From positions 6,880,001 through 6,944,000 of the forward strand of contig CBDBDQ010000005.1 of the NCBI GenBank assembly GCA_965203905.1: a stretch of DNA of 64,000 bases, in the 5' to 3' direction. The number at the start of each line of letters is the position of its first letter. Position 1 is the stretch's first letter. The position numbers and the translations under genes are program-made. The notes beneath the pieces are model-generated. The model had not been told where the DNA came from and did no database searches. It saw nothing but the letters and a program-made list of their open reading frames with translations. This DNA comes from Spirochaetia bacterium. Its GTDB lineage: Bacteria > Spirochaetota > Spirochaetia > SZUA-6 > Bin103. Shown piece by piece: positions 19,125 through 29,685 of this stretch.

Positions 19125-20306
19125 TCAGTGGGAGGCGTAGGGGTCGGCGGCGTCGCGCAGGCCGTCGCCGACGAAGTTGAAGGCGAGCACGGTGATGATC
19201 ACGAACAGGCCGGGGATCATCAGCCACGGGGCCAGGGCGATGGAGTGCACGTTCTGGGCCGCCTTGAGCAGCACGCCCCAGCTCATCGCCGGCGGCTGCA
19301 TGCCCAGGCCCAGGAAGCTGAGCGCGGTCTCGGCCAGGATCATGGACGGGATCGCCAGGGTCAGCGCGGCGATGATGTGGCTCAGGAACGACGGCACCAT
19401 GTGCAGGAAGATGGTGGGCACGTCGCGCCGCCCGGCCAGCTTGGCGGCGACCACGAAGTCCTCCACGCGCAGGGCGAGGAAGCGGCCGCGCACCACCCGC
19501 GCCAGGCTGGTCCAGCCGATCAGCGACACGATCACGGTGATCGCGAAGTAGGTCTGGAGCACCGACCAGTTGCCGGGCAGCGCCGCGCTCAGCCCCATCC
19601 ACAGCGGCAGGGCGGGAATGCCGATGATGATCTCGATCATGCGCTGGATCACCTCGTCCACGGTGCCGCCGACGAAGCCGGCGAGACCGCCGATCATGAT
19701 GCCCAGAAAGAAGCTGATCGCTACCCCGACCAGCCCCACCGACAGCGAGATCTGCGCACCGTACAGGGTACGCGAAAACACGTCGCGGCCGAGCGCGTCG
19801 GTGCCGAACAGGTGCACCGGCACCCCCTCGACGCCGGTGCCGAACAGGTGCAGGTCGGAGGAGAACAGCCCGAACAGCTCGTACTCGAAGCCGCGCACCA
19901 ACAGCTTCACCGGGTAGCGCTGCGCGCGATCCTCCTGGTAGACGTTCTCGTAGGTCTCACGGTCCAGCTCGCTCACCAGCGGGTAGACGAACGGCCCGAG
20001 CAGGCGCCCCTCCGCGAACCAGTGCACCACCATGGGCGGCGCCTCCTTGTAGGCAAGGCTGCGCTGCCGCGGATCGTGCGGACTCAGGAACGGGGCGAAC
20101 AGCGCCGACAGGTACAGAATCGCGAGCACCACGGACGCTCCCACCGCCACCTTGTGGCGGAAGAAGCGGCGCCGCATGAGCTGCCATTGCGAGGCGTAGA
20201 AGGCGCGGTCATCGCGGTCGTCGGCGGACGCCGCCTCCGGCGTGCGCGGCACCACCAGCTCGCGCGTCTCGACCGGGACGCCGTGCTCGCGATCCGCCTC
20301 CGCCAC
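19125..20306 (-). CDS. ABC transporter permease, OppC/DppC type
   Basis: LFGTDALGRD, FNFVGDGLRDAADP. Confidence 0.94.
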   Translation of the reverse strand: MAEADREHGVPVETRELVVPRTPEAASADDRDDRAFYASQWQLMRRRFFRHKVAVGASVVLAILYLSALFAPFLSPHDPRQRSLAYKEAPPMVVHWFAEGRLLGPFVYPLVSELDRETYENVYQEDRAQRYPVKLLVRGFEYELFGLFSSDLHLFGTGVEGVPVHLFGTDALGRDVFSRTLYGAQISLSVGLVGVAISFFLGIMIGGLAGFVGGTVDEVIQRMIEIIIGIPALPLWMGLSAALPGNWSVLQTYFAITVIVSLIGWTSLARVVRGRFLALRVEDFVVAAKLAGRRDVPTIFLHMVPSFLSHIIAALTLAIPSMILAETALSFLGLGMQPPAMSWGVLLKAAQNVHSIALAPWLMIPGLFVIITVLAFNFVGDGLRDAADPYASH

Positions 20307-20319
20307 CGCTCGATCCCGC

Positions 20320-21315
20320 CTAGCCTGCTTTCTTCTCGAACCGGATGCGCGGGTCGGCCACGACCAGCAGCAGGTCCGAGATCAGCGTCCCGATCACGGT
20401 GAGGATGCTCAGCAGCATGATGAAGCTGCCGGCCAGGAACATGTCCTGCGCCAGCAGCGCGTCGATCAGGAGCGGTCCGGTGGTCGGCAGGTTGAGCACC
20501 ACCGCGGTGATGGTGGCGCCCGAGATCAGGGTGGGCAGGGTCCATCCGACCGTGCTGATGAACGGGTTGAGCGCCACCCGCACCGGGTACTTCATGATGA
20601 TGCGGTTCTCGGTCAGCCCCTTGGCGCGGGCCGTGATCACGTACAGCTTGCGCAGCTCGTCGAGCAGGTTGGCGCGCATGATGCGCACCAGTTCGGCGGT
20701 CCCGGCCGAGCCCAGCACGATGGTGGGAATCCACAGATGGCCGAGCAGGTCGGCCACCTTGCCGAACGACCACGGCGCGTCCTGGTACTCCAGCGAGAAC
20801 AGGCCGCCCACGTCGATCCGGAAGTAGCGGAAGCTGACGTACATCAGGACCAGCGCCAGCATGAAGTTGGGGACCGCCAGCCCGACGAAGCTGAAGAAGG
20901 TGGCCACGTAGTCGCCCGGCGAATACTGGCGCACCGCCACGTAGATTCCCACCGGGAACGCCACGATCCAGACGAACAGCAAAGACGAAAGGGAAATGAG
21001 GAGGGTCAGCCCGATCCGCTCCCACACCAGTTCGTTGACCGGGGTCTGGTAGCGGAACGACTGCCCCATGTCGCCCTGCACGAAGTTGGTGATCCACGAC
21101 CAGTACTGCCCCAGGAACGACTTGTCGAGCCCGTACTGCAGGGTCAGGCTCGCCACCATCTCCTCGCTCACCGCCTCTCCCTGGGCCTTCAGGCGGGTGA
21201 TGTAGCTGGTCAGGTAGTCCCCCGGCGGCAACTGGATGATCACGAACGACAGGAACGAGATCACCAGCAGCGCCAGCAGCATGTTGAAGAAGCGGCGGAT
21301 CAGATAGTCGACCAT
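20320..21315 (-). CDS. ABC transporter permease, OppB/DppB type
   Basis: IQLPPGDY, YVITARAKGL, DPRIR. Confidence 0.95.
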   Translation of the reverse strand: MVDYLIRRFFNMLLALLVISFLSFVIIQLPPGDYLTSYITRLKAQGEAVSEEMVASLTLQYGLDKSFLGQYWSWITNFVQGDMGQSFRYQTPVNELVWERIGLTLLISLSSLLFVWIVAFPVGIYVAVRQYSPGDYVATFFSFVGLAVPNFMLALVLMYVSFRYFRIDVGGLFSLEYQDAPWSFGKVADLLGHLWIPTIVLGSAGTAELVRIMRANLLDELRKLYVITARAKGLTENRIIMKYPVRVALNPFISTVGWTLPTLISGATITAVVLNLPTTGPLLIDALLAQDMFLAGSFIMLLSILTVIGTLISDLLLVVADPRIRFEKKAG

Positions 21316-21329
21316 CGCGGCCCTCTACC

Positions 21330-21359
21330 GGCCGCACCCCCACGCGGGGAGGTGCGGCC
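21330..21359 (-). other. Stem-loop between SBP and permease genes
   Basis: GGCCGCACC ... GGTGCGGCC perfect 9-bp arms. Confidence 0.6.
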
Positions 21360-21382
21360 TGAATTACGTCAGCGCGCCGGCG

Positions 21383-23452
21383 CTATTCGTCGATGAACCA
21401 CTGGGCCGGCAACGTCTGCACCCAGAGGAAGCTCTCGAACGAGAACGGCAGCACGTCGGGCACGTTGTTGATGCGGTTGTTGATGATGATCGGCCGCACC
21501 GCCTTGGCCACCGTGCCGATGACCGGCAGGTTCTCGGCCTGGAACGCCCACACCCTGGTGCCGAAGCGGTTGAACTCCTCGGCGTTGGGAGCGTCGACCC
21601 AGGCGTGCCAGTCGTCGATCCACTGCTTCCACTCGGGCGGCGGCTCGGTGCCCATCGCCGGCTCCTCGCCCTGGCGGCCACCGTCCACCCAGCGCTGGTG
21701 CAGGTACCACTTGCGCCACTCCGTGGAGTAGATGATCACGTCGAGGCCGAACGGTGGCGGCGACGACAGCCGGCTGGGCATGTACGCCTCGGAGACCCAG
21801 ACCAGGATGTCCAGCTCGTTGGCCTGCAGGAGCTCCCACTGCAACTCCTGGGCAATCTGCTTGAAGTTGATCCGGATGCCGATCTCCTCCCAGTAGTCGC
21901 GCGCCAGCTCGGCGATGTTGTCGCCCATGGTGCCGAGCACCGAGCTGGTGTGCGGTCGCATGTCGAGGATGAACTCCTCGCCGTTCGGCGTCTCGCGCCA
22001 GCCGTCGCCGTCGCGGTCGGTCATGCCCATTTCGTCGAGGATCGCCTTGGCGCCCTCCGGGTCGTAATCGGCGTACGACCGGGTCCACGCCTCGTCGAAG
22101 AAGGCGGCGCCCGGGTCGACCGAGTACTGCGCCGGCGTGGCCAGACCCAGGAACACGAACTCGTTGATCTCGGGGCGGTTGAGCGCCAGCGACAGCGCCT
22201 GCCGGAACCGCTTGTCGGTGATGACCGGGCCCTTCACCGGATCGGGGTGGTTCATGTTGGCCATGAAGATGACGCGGCTGGTCTTGGTGTCCTGCCACTC
22301 GCGCACGTTGTAGCCGCCCACCTCTTCGTTCTGCTTGTACAGGGCGAAGCTGCTGGGATCCATCAGGCGTCCGCCGATGTCCACCTTGCCCTGCATCATG
22401 TTCAGAATCGCCACCTGCTTGTCGGCGAAGTAGACCGCCCGCAAGGTGTCGATGTAGGGAAGCTGGTTGCCCGCCGAGTCGACCGCGAAGAAGTAGGGGT
22501 TGCGCACGCTGTACTTGCCGGTCGAGTCGCGGCTCTCCATCACCCAGGCGGCCAGCTTCGGCTGCGGATACGGCTCCGTGGGCGCGGTCGACATGCGCGC
22601 GCTCAGGTGCGCGATCCAGGTCTCGAATCCCTCCTCCTTGGCCATCTCCTCGGCCTTGTCGTTGAAGTCGGCGTGGAACTGCTCGATGTAGTGCGCGGGC
22701 GTGTAGATGTTGCCCTGCCGGGTGCGGTGGAAGTTCAACAGCGGGATCAGGTAGGTCGGCGTCAACGGCGCCGGGTAGGTCATGCGCAGCGTGTAGTCGT
22801 CGACCGCATCCCACTGGGACAGCTCACCGCCCAGGGACCAGCGGATGGCCTGGCTCGGAATGTCCGGGTTCTTGAACAAGTTGTCGTACACCCACATGAA
22901 GTCGGCGGTGGTGAACGGCATGCCGTCCGACCACTTCATCCCCTCGCGCAGGTGGAAGGTGAGCACGGTGCGGTCGTCGGACAGCTCGTACGCCTTGGCG
23001 CCGTGCGGGATGATCTCGTTCAAGGTCGGGTCGGCGCGGAACAGGAAGGTCTTGGCGCCGCGGTGCATGTCGCCGTAGTCCCCGGGACCGGTACGCGCCA
23101 CGCGCAGCTCGCCGCCGTACTTGCCCACCTCGGAAAAGGGCTCCATCACCATCGGGTCCTCGGGCAGCCGGTCCTCCACCGGCGGCAACTCGCCGGCCTG
23201 CACCATGGCGGCCAGCATCGGCGCCTCCTGGAAGCTGGTGATGCCGACCTGCGACGCCGTCGGCGGGGTGAGCCAGCTCTCACGGACGGTGTAACGGCCG
23301 ACGACCTTGACGATGTCGCTGCCTTCGGCGGCCATGGCGGCCGCGTCGTCGCCGGCGGCGGCTCCTTCCTCGGTGCCGCTGGCGTACACCGGCGTGGCCG
23401 CGAGCGCGATTGCCAGCGCCCAGCCGGCGAGCGAAAGTAGTCGGTTCCTCAT
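21383..23452 (-). CDS. ABC transporter substrate-binding protein, family 5
   Basis: Signal peptide MRNRLLSLAGWALAIALAATPVYA, EAPMLAAMVQAGELPPVEDRLP, WSDGMPFTTAD. Confidence 0.95.
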   Translation of the reverse strand: MRNRLLSLAGWALAIALAATPVYASGTEEGAAAGDDAAAMAAEGSDIVKVVGRYTVRESWLTPPTASQVGITSFQEAPMLAAMVQAGELPPVEDRLPEDPMVMEPFSEVGKYGGELRVARTGPGDYGDMHRGAKTFLFRADPTLNEIIPHGAKAYELSDDRTVLTFHLREGMKWSDGMPFTTADFMWVYDNLFKNPDIPSQAIRWSLGGELSQWDAVDDYTLRMTYPAPLTPTYLIPLLNFHRTRQGNIYTPAHYIEQFHADFNDKAEEMAKEEGFETWIAHLSARMSTAPTEPYPQPKLAAWVMESRDSTGKYSVRNPYFFAVDSAGNQLPYIDTLRAVYFADKQVAILNMMQGKVDIGGRLMDPSSFALYKQNEEVGGYNVREWQDTKTSRVIFMANMNHPDPVKGPVITDKRFRQALSLALNRPEINEFVFLGLATPAQYSVDPGAAFFDEAWTRSYADYDPEGAKAILDEMGMTDRDGDGWRETPNGEEFILDMRPHTSSVLGTMGDNIAELARDYWEEIGIRINFKQIAQELQWELLQANELDILVWVSEAYMPSRLSSPPPFGLDVIIYSTEWRKWYLHQRWVDGGRQGEEPAMGTEPPPEWKQWIDDWHAWVDAPNAEEFNRFGTRVWAFQAENLPVIGTVAKAVRPIIINNRINNVPDVLPFSFESFLWVQTLPAQWFIDE

Positions 23453-23627
23453 TTGGATACCCCCTGAAAAATTCAGATACGCCTCGGGGCCGCGAACGCG
23501 GCCGTGGCAGGCTGCCGCGGCGGCGAAACCACCCTGGCCTCGGAGGCGAGCAGAGGCTACCGCAGACCGCCGGAAAGGACAACGCTTCGCTTTGCAACAT
23601 GCGGGCGCCGGTGATAGCGTCGCCGCC

Positions 23628-24713
23628 ATGGGTACGTTGAGCTTCGCTCACGAGACGCCGCGGCGGTTGCGTACCGCCTTCCTGGGCACCTCCGGACACG
23701 CGTTCCGCAACTACCTGCCCTCGCTGCCGTACGCTCCGGTGGAGCTGGTCGCCGTGTGGGATTCCGACGCCGGGCGGGCGGAGGCGTTCGCGCGCCAGTT
23801 CGGCGCACCGCGCTGGTACACCGAGGTCGACCGGCTGCTGGACGAGGCGGAACCGGAAGCGGTGCTGATCGCCACCGACGGCAGGGACGGCGACGAGCCG
23901 CGCAACTTCGGCCTGATGGCGCGCTGCCTCGAACGCGGCTGCCATGCCTGGTGCGACAAGCCCGTCTCCGCCAGCGCAGCCGGCGTCGCCCGGCTGATCG
24001 ACATCCGGGACCGCGTGGGCAAGGTCGCCGGGGTCGGCATCAAGACCATGTTCTACCCCGCTCATCAGCGGGTGCGCGAGATCGTGCGCGACCCGGCGTT
24101 CGGGCGCCCGGTCACCATGACCGTCCGCTACCCGCTGCACATCCCCTGGCGTGCCGGACTGCCGGCTACCGACCGCGCCGTGGGCAGTTGTCTGGGGCAC
24201 GTCTGGCATCCGTTCGGCGCGGCGCTGCTGATACTCGGCCCCATCGACCAGCTCTACGTTGAGCCCGCTCCCGCGGGCGGCGGCGGGGTAGCGATCGCGC
24301 GCTTCGCGCAGGGCGCCGTGGGCGCGTTCCACTTCAGCGCCGGGCGCGCCGGCACCAGCCCGCTCGAGTTCCTGGAGGTGGTGGGCGAGGGCGCCAACGT
24401 CACCGTCGAGAACGCGGCGCGGCTGACCTACTACCGCCCCGGCTCACCGGGCCCCTACGGTCGTACTCCCGGCTTCCTCACCGATGACGATCAGGCGCCG
24501 CTGGTGTGGCAGCCGGAACTGTCGCTGGGCCAGCTCTACAACAACAACAACTTCATCCAGGGCTACGCGCAAAGCGTCATCGCCTTCGCGGAGGCCGCCC
24601 TGGGCGGCGCCCCGCTCGCCTGCGGGACCCTGGAGGACGCGCGCGAGGTGCTCAAGGTGTTCGATGCCCTGCGCGCGGGTCCGGGCCGGCAGATTACTCT
24701 GCCCGACGGGTGA
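23628..24713 (+). CDS. Gfo/Idh/MocA family oxidoreductase
   Basis: AFLGTSGHA, HAWCDKP. Confidence 0.88.
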   Translation: MGTLSFAHETPRRLRTAFLGTSGHAFRNYLPSLPYAPVELVAVWDSDAGRAEAFARQFGAPRWYTEVDRLLDEAEPEAVLIATDGRDGDEPRNFGLMARCLERGCHAWCDKPVSASAAGVARLIDIRDRVGKVAGVGIKTMFYPAHQRVREIVRDPAFGRPVTMTVRYPLHIPWRAGLPATDRAVGSCLGHVWHPFGAALLILGPIDQLYVEPAPAGGGGVAIARFAQGAVGAFHFSAGRAGTSPLEFLEVVGEGANVTVENAARLTYYRPGSPGPYGRTPGFLTDDDQAPLVWQPELSLGQLYNNNNFIQGYAQSVIAFAEAALGGAPLACGTLEDAREVLKVFDALRAGPGRQITLPDG

Positions 24714-25153
24714 CGGCGGTGCTCCAGGCGAGCGCCCTGGCGGCCACCTGGCGCCTGATGACGTGGGAAGACGTTGCCGCGGGCGGCGTGAGCCATCCCA
24801 TGGGAGCGGACGCCGTGGGCTACCTCTCGTATGACGGCGGCGGCCGGATGTCGGTGCAGGTCATGCGCCGCGGACGGAGCGGTCTGGCGGCCGACGATGT
24901 CGCGGAGGCGAGCGCCGACCTGCTGCGCGAGGTGCTCGGCGGTTACCTCGCTTACGCCGGCAGCTACGTGGTGGACGCGGCGGCGGGCACGGTGACCCAC
25001 CGCATCGACTGCGCCCTCCTGCCCGCGCAGGTCGGCACCGAGTTGACCCGCTGGTGCGAGATACACGGCACCCGGCTCACCTTGTTCCTGTCGCCGCGGG
25101 CGACCGACGGTCCACGCACCGGCGGCCGCGTGGTCTGGGAGCGCCTCGACTGA
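24710..25153 (+). CDS. Lipocalin-like domain protein
   Basis: ATWRL, GYLSYDGGGRMSVQ, YLAYAGSY, VVWER; GTGA overlap. Confidence 0.82.
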   Translation: MTAVLQASALAATWRLMTWEDVAAGGVSHPMGADAVGYLSYDGGGRMSVQVMRRGRSGLAADDVAEASADLLREVLGGYLAYAGSYVVDAAAGTVTHRIDCALLPAQVGTELTRWCEIHGTRLTLFLSPRATDGPRTGGRVVWERLD

Positions 25154-25188
25154 CTCGGCTTACCCCGCCTCGGGTTCCGCAGCCGCGG

Positions 25189-25991
25189 TTACTTCAGGGC
25201 GTGCTTGTACTGCCGGGTACGGCGCTTGATCAGTTCGCCCAGCTCCCGGGGTGAGTCGGGGGCGCCGAGGTACCCCACCGACGGGCTGCGCTCGGCCACC
25301 CACTGCGCGTCCGCCGCCGTGCGCACGTGACCGCCATGGATCAGCACCAGGATCTGCGGGTTGACCGCATGCGCCGCGGCGGCGACGTCGGCGACGATCC
25401 GCGGCGTCTGCTCCAGGGACGGCATCTCCCCGCCGACGCCGAGGTGAACAACGATCCCGTCCACCCCCGCCGCGGCCATGGCGCGCGCCTCGTCGGGCGT
25501 GAACAGGTAGGCCAGGGTAAAGAAACCCTGCTCGTGCGCCTGCCGCATGAACTCCACCTCGCGGTCGAAGCCCATGCCGCCGTCCTCCAGCACGGTGCGG
25601 AAGTTGCCGTCCACCATGCTCACGCTGGCCCAGTTGTTGATGCCGGAGAAGCCGGCCTGATCGATCTGCTGCAGAAACACGTCGACGCGCCGCGTCGGAT
25701 CGGTGCACGCCAGCCCCAGCAGCACCGGCGTATCCCTGACGAGCGGCAGGATCTCGCGCGTGCCCACCTCGTACGCCAGCGCGTTGCCATCGCCGAACGG
25801 TGCCAGTCCGACCCCCGCCAGGTAGCCGGCCTGGTTCCAACGCGCCAGCGCGTAGGTGACGATCAGGTCCGCGCCCCCTCCTCCGCGTACCGCGCCGCGC
25901 TGCCCGAGGCGCAGCGCGCACAGAAGATGGCCCGCCCGGCGTCCACCTCCGCACGCAGCCTGTCGACGATCTCCGAACGCGGATACAACAC
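25189..25991 (-). CDS. Phosphoenolpyruvate-hydrolase-like TIM-barrel protein (apparent 1-nt frameshift near 25876)
   Basis: GGAGGAG RBS; MLYPRSEIVDRLRAEV...AARYAEEG then ADLIV...GDGN...TPVLLG..CTDP...GFSGINNW...LIHGG in the adjacent frame. Confidence 0.8.
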
Positions 25992-26078
25992 TGTCTCGCT
26001 CCTCCGAGCCGACAGCGTAGAGCGCGTCAGCCGCCGCCGCAACGACCGGAAGGCGCAGGGCGGGTGCCTCCCGTGCGC

Positions 26079-27767
26079 TCACGGAGCCCCGGCGCTCACC
26101 TCACAGGCCGGCGGTTCCCCCCCTCTGGGTTCCCACAACACGTCGAGCGCCGCCGTCACGTCCAGCGGCTCGCCATACCAATCGGGGGTCGCGGTGTGCG
26201 GTCCAATGCTGACGCCGGCCGCCGCCAACCGCGCCACGGTCGGCGCCAACGGCTCCCCGGCTCCCGCCCAGCGCGGCGCCGGCGCCACCGCCGGCAGCGG
26301 CTCGCCATCCGGGCGCAGGAACTGGAACCCCCCTGCGCCATCGGCGGCCACTTGAAAGCCCTCCTCGTGCAGCGCGCGGTGGTGGAAACGACACACTTGG
26401 ACCAGGTTACTGAGCTTCGTCTCCCCGCCGTCCGCCCAGTGCACGACGTGATGGGCGTCGCAGTGGCGAGACGTGCAGCCGGGGAACTGGCACTGGTTGT
26501 GATCCCTGCTCTCGAGGGCGCGGCGCAACGCGGTCGGGATGGTGCGAGTGCGCCGGCCCACGTCGAGCACTCCACCGTCGGTGCCATGGCTCAGCACCAC
26601 GAGGCCCGCATCGCAGGCGACACGGCGCGCCGCCCGCGCACCGACGTGGAGCCCACCGGCCTGCTCGATCACCGCCTGGGCGGGCGCGGGATCGGACACC
26701 GGGGCGGCCCGGTCGCACCCGCACGTCGCCTCGGCACGGTGGAGACCGCCGGCGGGCTCGATCAGCGCCTGGAGGGCATCGAGGTCGGCCGCCGAGGCCT
26801 CGTGGTCGCGACCGTGCGTCGTCGGGACGCCGAGGGGATCGCCGGCGCGCTCGATCGGTGCCTGGTCCGCGGCGTCCGCCGCCGGCTCCTCCGGTTCGGA
26901 GGCCGCCTCGTCACCGGGGGCAGTTTCCGCGGAAACGTGTCGCGCGTCAGCGGCCGCCTCTGGGGAGGCAAGTCCGGCCGCGTCCACGTGCACCGTCACC
27001 TGGAAGCGGTCGCCGGCAGTGCCCGGATCGAGGCCGCCGGCCAGCGCACTCTCGGCCACCAGCCCCAGCGCGTCCGCGCGCCGCTGCCCGATGCCGGTGT
27101 CCTGGTCATCCTCTCCCGCGGCCGGCACCTGCTCCAGCGCCGCCTCCAGGGCCCGCAACACCACCGCGCCAACCTCCGGCGTCAGCCGCGCGCGCAGCAC
27201 CAGCATGCCATCGTCGTTCACCCGCGTGCTCAGCATGCGCCGCGCCAGGCGCAGCTTCTCGGCATCGGGCTGCGCCGCCCGGTCGGCCTCGCGCCATGCC
27301 CGCACCAGCCGCTCAACCTGCGCCGCGGTGGCACCGCAGGCGACCGCGATCAGGCGTGCCTCGGTGGCCGGGGTCGCCACTCTCGTGAGGGCGCGTACGA
27401 TCGAGTAGGAAAGGCGGCCGCAGGCCATGGCGGCGCTGAGATGGTTCAGGTCCGCGAGCGCCGCCGCCACGCGCAGCTTCTCGCGGGCGGCGCCGAGGTC
27501 GAGGCCGATGCGCCAGTTGAGCCAGTGGGCGCAGGAGCGAAAGCCCTCCCAGCCGTGGCGGCGATCGAACTCACGCAGGTCGCACAGCAGCTCGTAGGTG
27601 GCGGCCTGGATGCGGGCGGAGCGCTCGGCGATGCGGTTGCCGAGCAGGTCCAGGTCGGGCGCCGCCAGCGCCCCGGCCAGCGGCGGAGCGGGGAGCTGGA
27701 CGACCGGCGGTTCGGGGCACGCTGCCTGGGTCGGCTGGCGTGGCACGGTGCTCGTGTTGGGTGCCAT
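26079..27767 (-). CDS. DUF222/HNH endonuclease (REP13E12-like)
   Basis: GFRSCAHWLNWR, AAREKLRVA, RRVACDA, RD..CQFPGC...DAHHVVHWADGGETKLSNLVQVCRFHH. Confidence 0.9.
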   Translation of the reverse strand: MAPNTSTVPRQPTQAACPEPPVVQLPAPPLAGALAAPDLDLLGNRIAERSARIQAATYELLCDLREFDRRHGWEGFRSCAHWLNWRIGLDLGAAREKLRVAAALADLNHLSAAMACGRLSYSIVRALTRVATPATEARLIAVACGATAAQVERLVRAWREADRAAQPDAEKLRLARRMLSTRVNDDGMLVLRARLTPEVGAVVLRALEAALEQVPAAGEDDQDTGIGQRRADALGLVAESALAGGLDPGTAGDRFQVTVHVDAAGLASPEAAADARHVSAETAPGDEAASEPEEPAADAADQAPIERAGDPLGVPTTHGRDHEASAADLDALQALIEPAGGLHRAEATCGCDRAAPVSDPAPAQAVIEQAGGLHVGARAARRVACDAGLVVLSHGTDGGVLDVGRRTRTIPTALRRALESRDHNQCQFPGCTSRHCDAHHVVHWADGGETKLSNLVQVCRFHHRALHEEGFQVAADGAGGFQFLRPDGEPLPAVAPAPRWAGAGEPLAPTVARLAAAGVSIGPHTATPDWYGEPLDVTAALDVLWEPRGGEPPACEVSAGAP

Positions 27768-28209
27768 GAGGCCGATGGTACACCCGGTTTTCGGAGGCCC
27801 CCTCCTGGCCGCTGGGCTGGCCGTTGGGGCCGGTTTGGCGTTTCTGATGCAATTCGGTCGCAGCGGGCCCGGGAGCGGGCACTGAGGGCGGAAACGCGGC
27901 CGGTTCAGGCGGGATCGGCCATTTGACGCAATCTGCTAGCCAGAACCGTGTCAACCCCCAAGGAACAAAAAAACAACGAAATACGCTGAACTTCCGAGCT
28001 CGCGCCATACCGTACCGTCGTTCCCCTTGTGCGCCACTCCTACGTGGGTGGGGCCAATCGGCGCGCGCAGGAGGCAGACGGCAAGACCTGGGCTGCCGGT
28101 CGCAGGCGCTCAGCGCCCAAGGGAACGCGCGGGACGTATCGCAACGCGTCTGTGCAGCCGCACAGGGTACTCGCGCGCGCGGGACGATCTCTCGTACACT
28201 CGCCGCACG

Positions 28210-28512
28210 ATGTGTCGCAACATTCGTCCTCTGCACAACTTTGCGCCGCCAGCCACGGACGAGGAGGTGCGGGCCGCCGCGCTGCAGTACGTGCGCAAGG
28301 TGGCCGGCGCGGGCAAGCCGTCACGCGCCAACGAAGCCGTGTTTCTGCGCGCGGTGGACGAGGTGGCCGGCGCCACCCAGCGCTTGCTGGAGGCACTGGT
28401 CACCAGCGCGCCGCCGCGCAACCGCGAGGTGGAGGCGGCCAAGGCGCGAGCGCGCTCCGCGCAGCGGTTCGGCCGTGCCTCGGCGGCGCAGGCCGCCCCG
28501 GCCCGAGGCTGA
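28210..28512 (+). CDS. DUF2277 family protein
   Basis: MCRNIRPLHNFAPPATDEEVRAAALQYVRKV. Confidence 0.85.
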   Translation: MCRNIRPLHNFAPPATDEEVRAAALQYVRKVAGAGKPSRANEAVFLRAVDEVAGATQRLLEALVTSAPPRNREVEAAKARARSAQRFGRASAAQAAPARG

Positions 28513-28515
28513 GCG

Positions 28516-29655
28516 GTGACCGAGCCGCGCACGGGGAACCCGCCGCTCAGGGTCGCCATCATCGGTACGGGGCGCCGTAGCGGCTACCTGTACGGGCCGC
28601 TCCTGCAGGCACTCGACGACACCGAGCTGGTGGCGGTGTGGGGCCGCAGCGCGGACTCCGCCGCGGGGCTGGGCGCCCGACTCGGCGTGCCCGCCTACAC
28701 CGACCTGGAGCGGTTGCTGCGGGAGACCGCCGCGGAGGTGGGAGTGGTGTCGGTCAACTACGCCGCCAACGGCCAGGTCGGGCGGCAGGCCGTGGAGCAC
28801 GGCCTGCACGTGCTGCTGGAGACCCCGATCGCGCACCAGCTCAGTGAGGCCGACGCCATCATCGAGACGGCGCGGCAACGGGGATTGAAGGTCGAGGTGG
28901 CCGAGCAGTTTCATCGCCGGCCGCTGGAGCAGGCCAAGCTGGCCCTGATCGGATCCGGGCTGATGGGCCGGGTGCACACGTCGTTCAACGACTTCTGCGG
29001 CCACGGCTACCACGGCGTGAGCGTGATGCGCAGCTACCTGGGCTTCGACTGCCGGCCGCTGCAGGTCACCGGCGCGGTGCGCCGCTATGCACTGCAGACC
29101 GGCGGCAACGGCGAGACCCAGGAACACGGCATCGTGGAGTTCGAGGGCGGCGGGCTCGGCATCTTCCACTGGAGCAACGTGGCCTATGGCAGTCCCCTGC
29201 GCTGGTGGCGCAGCAGCCGCTTCCTGGCGCAGCGCGGCATGGGCATCAGCGTCGGCGTGGGGCTGGATATCGAGGAGCGGCTGTCGCTGCTGGCGCCCGG
29301 TGACGGCGCCCCGCAGTTCCTGACCGTCGAGCGGCGCTGGGAGCGGGTGGACGGCGGCGCGCTGACCGCGATCGAGATCCACACCGGGCGGCCGGAGCAG
29401 CCGCTGATCCGCTGGCGCAACCCGTTCGCCCCCCGGCTGCAGGGCGACGGGCGCCAGTGGCATGACGACGAGATCGGCGTGGCCGGCTGCATCGCCAGCC
29501 TGGTGCGGGCGGTGCGGGAGGACGCGGAGCCGAGCTACGGCGCGCAGCAGGGCCGCCTGGACCAGGAGCTGATCTGCGCGCTGCGCAAGTCTTCGGCTGA
29601 AGGCGGGGTGCCGGTGCGGCTGCCGCTGGACCCGGACGAGGTGATTCCCGCGTAG
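28516..29655 (+). CDS. Gfo/Idh/MocA family oxidoreductase
   Basis: LRVAIIGTG, HVLLETP, VAEQF, GYHG. Confidence 0.88.
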   Translation: MTEPRTGNPPLRVAIIGTGRRSGYLYGPLLQALDDTELVAVWGRSADSAAGLGARLGVPAYTDLERLLRETAAEVGVVSVNYAANGQVGRQAVEHGLHVLLETPIAHQLSEADAIIETARQRGLKVEVAEQFHRRPLEQAKLALIGSGLMGRVHTSFNDFCGHGYHGVSVMRSYLGFDCRPLQVTGAVRRYALQTGGNGETQEHGIVEFEGGGLGIFHWSNVAYGSPLRWWRSSRFLAQRGMGISVGVGLDIEERLSLLAPGDGAPQFLTVERRWERVDGGALTAIEIHTGRPEQPLIRWRNPFAPRLQGDGRQWHDDEIGVAGCIASLVRAVREDAEPSYGAQQGRLDQELICALRKSSAEGGVPVRLPLDPDEVIPA

Positions 29656-29685
29656 CGGCCTGCCCCGCGCGCCTGGGAGTCCCCG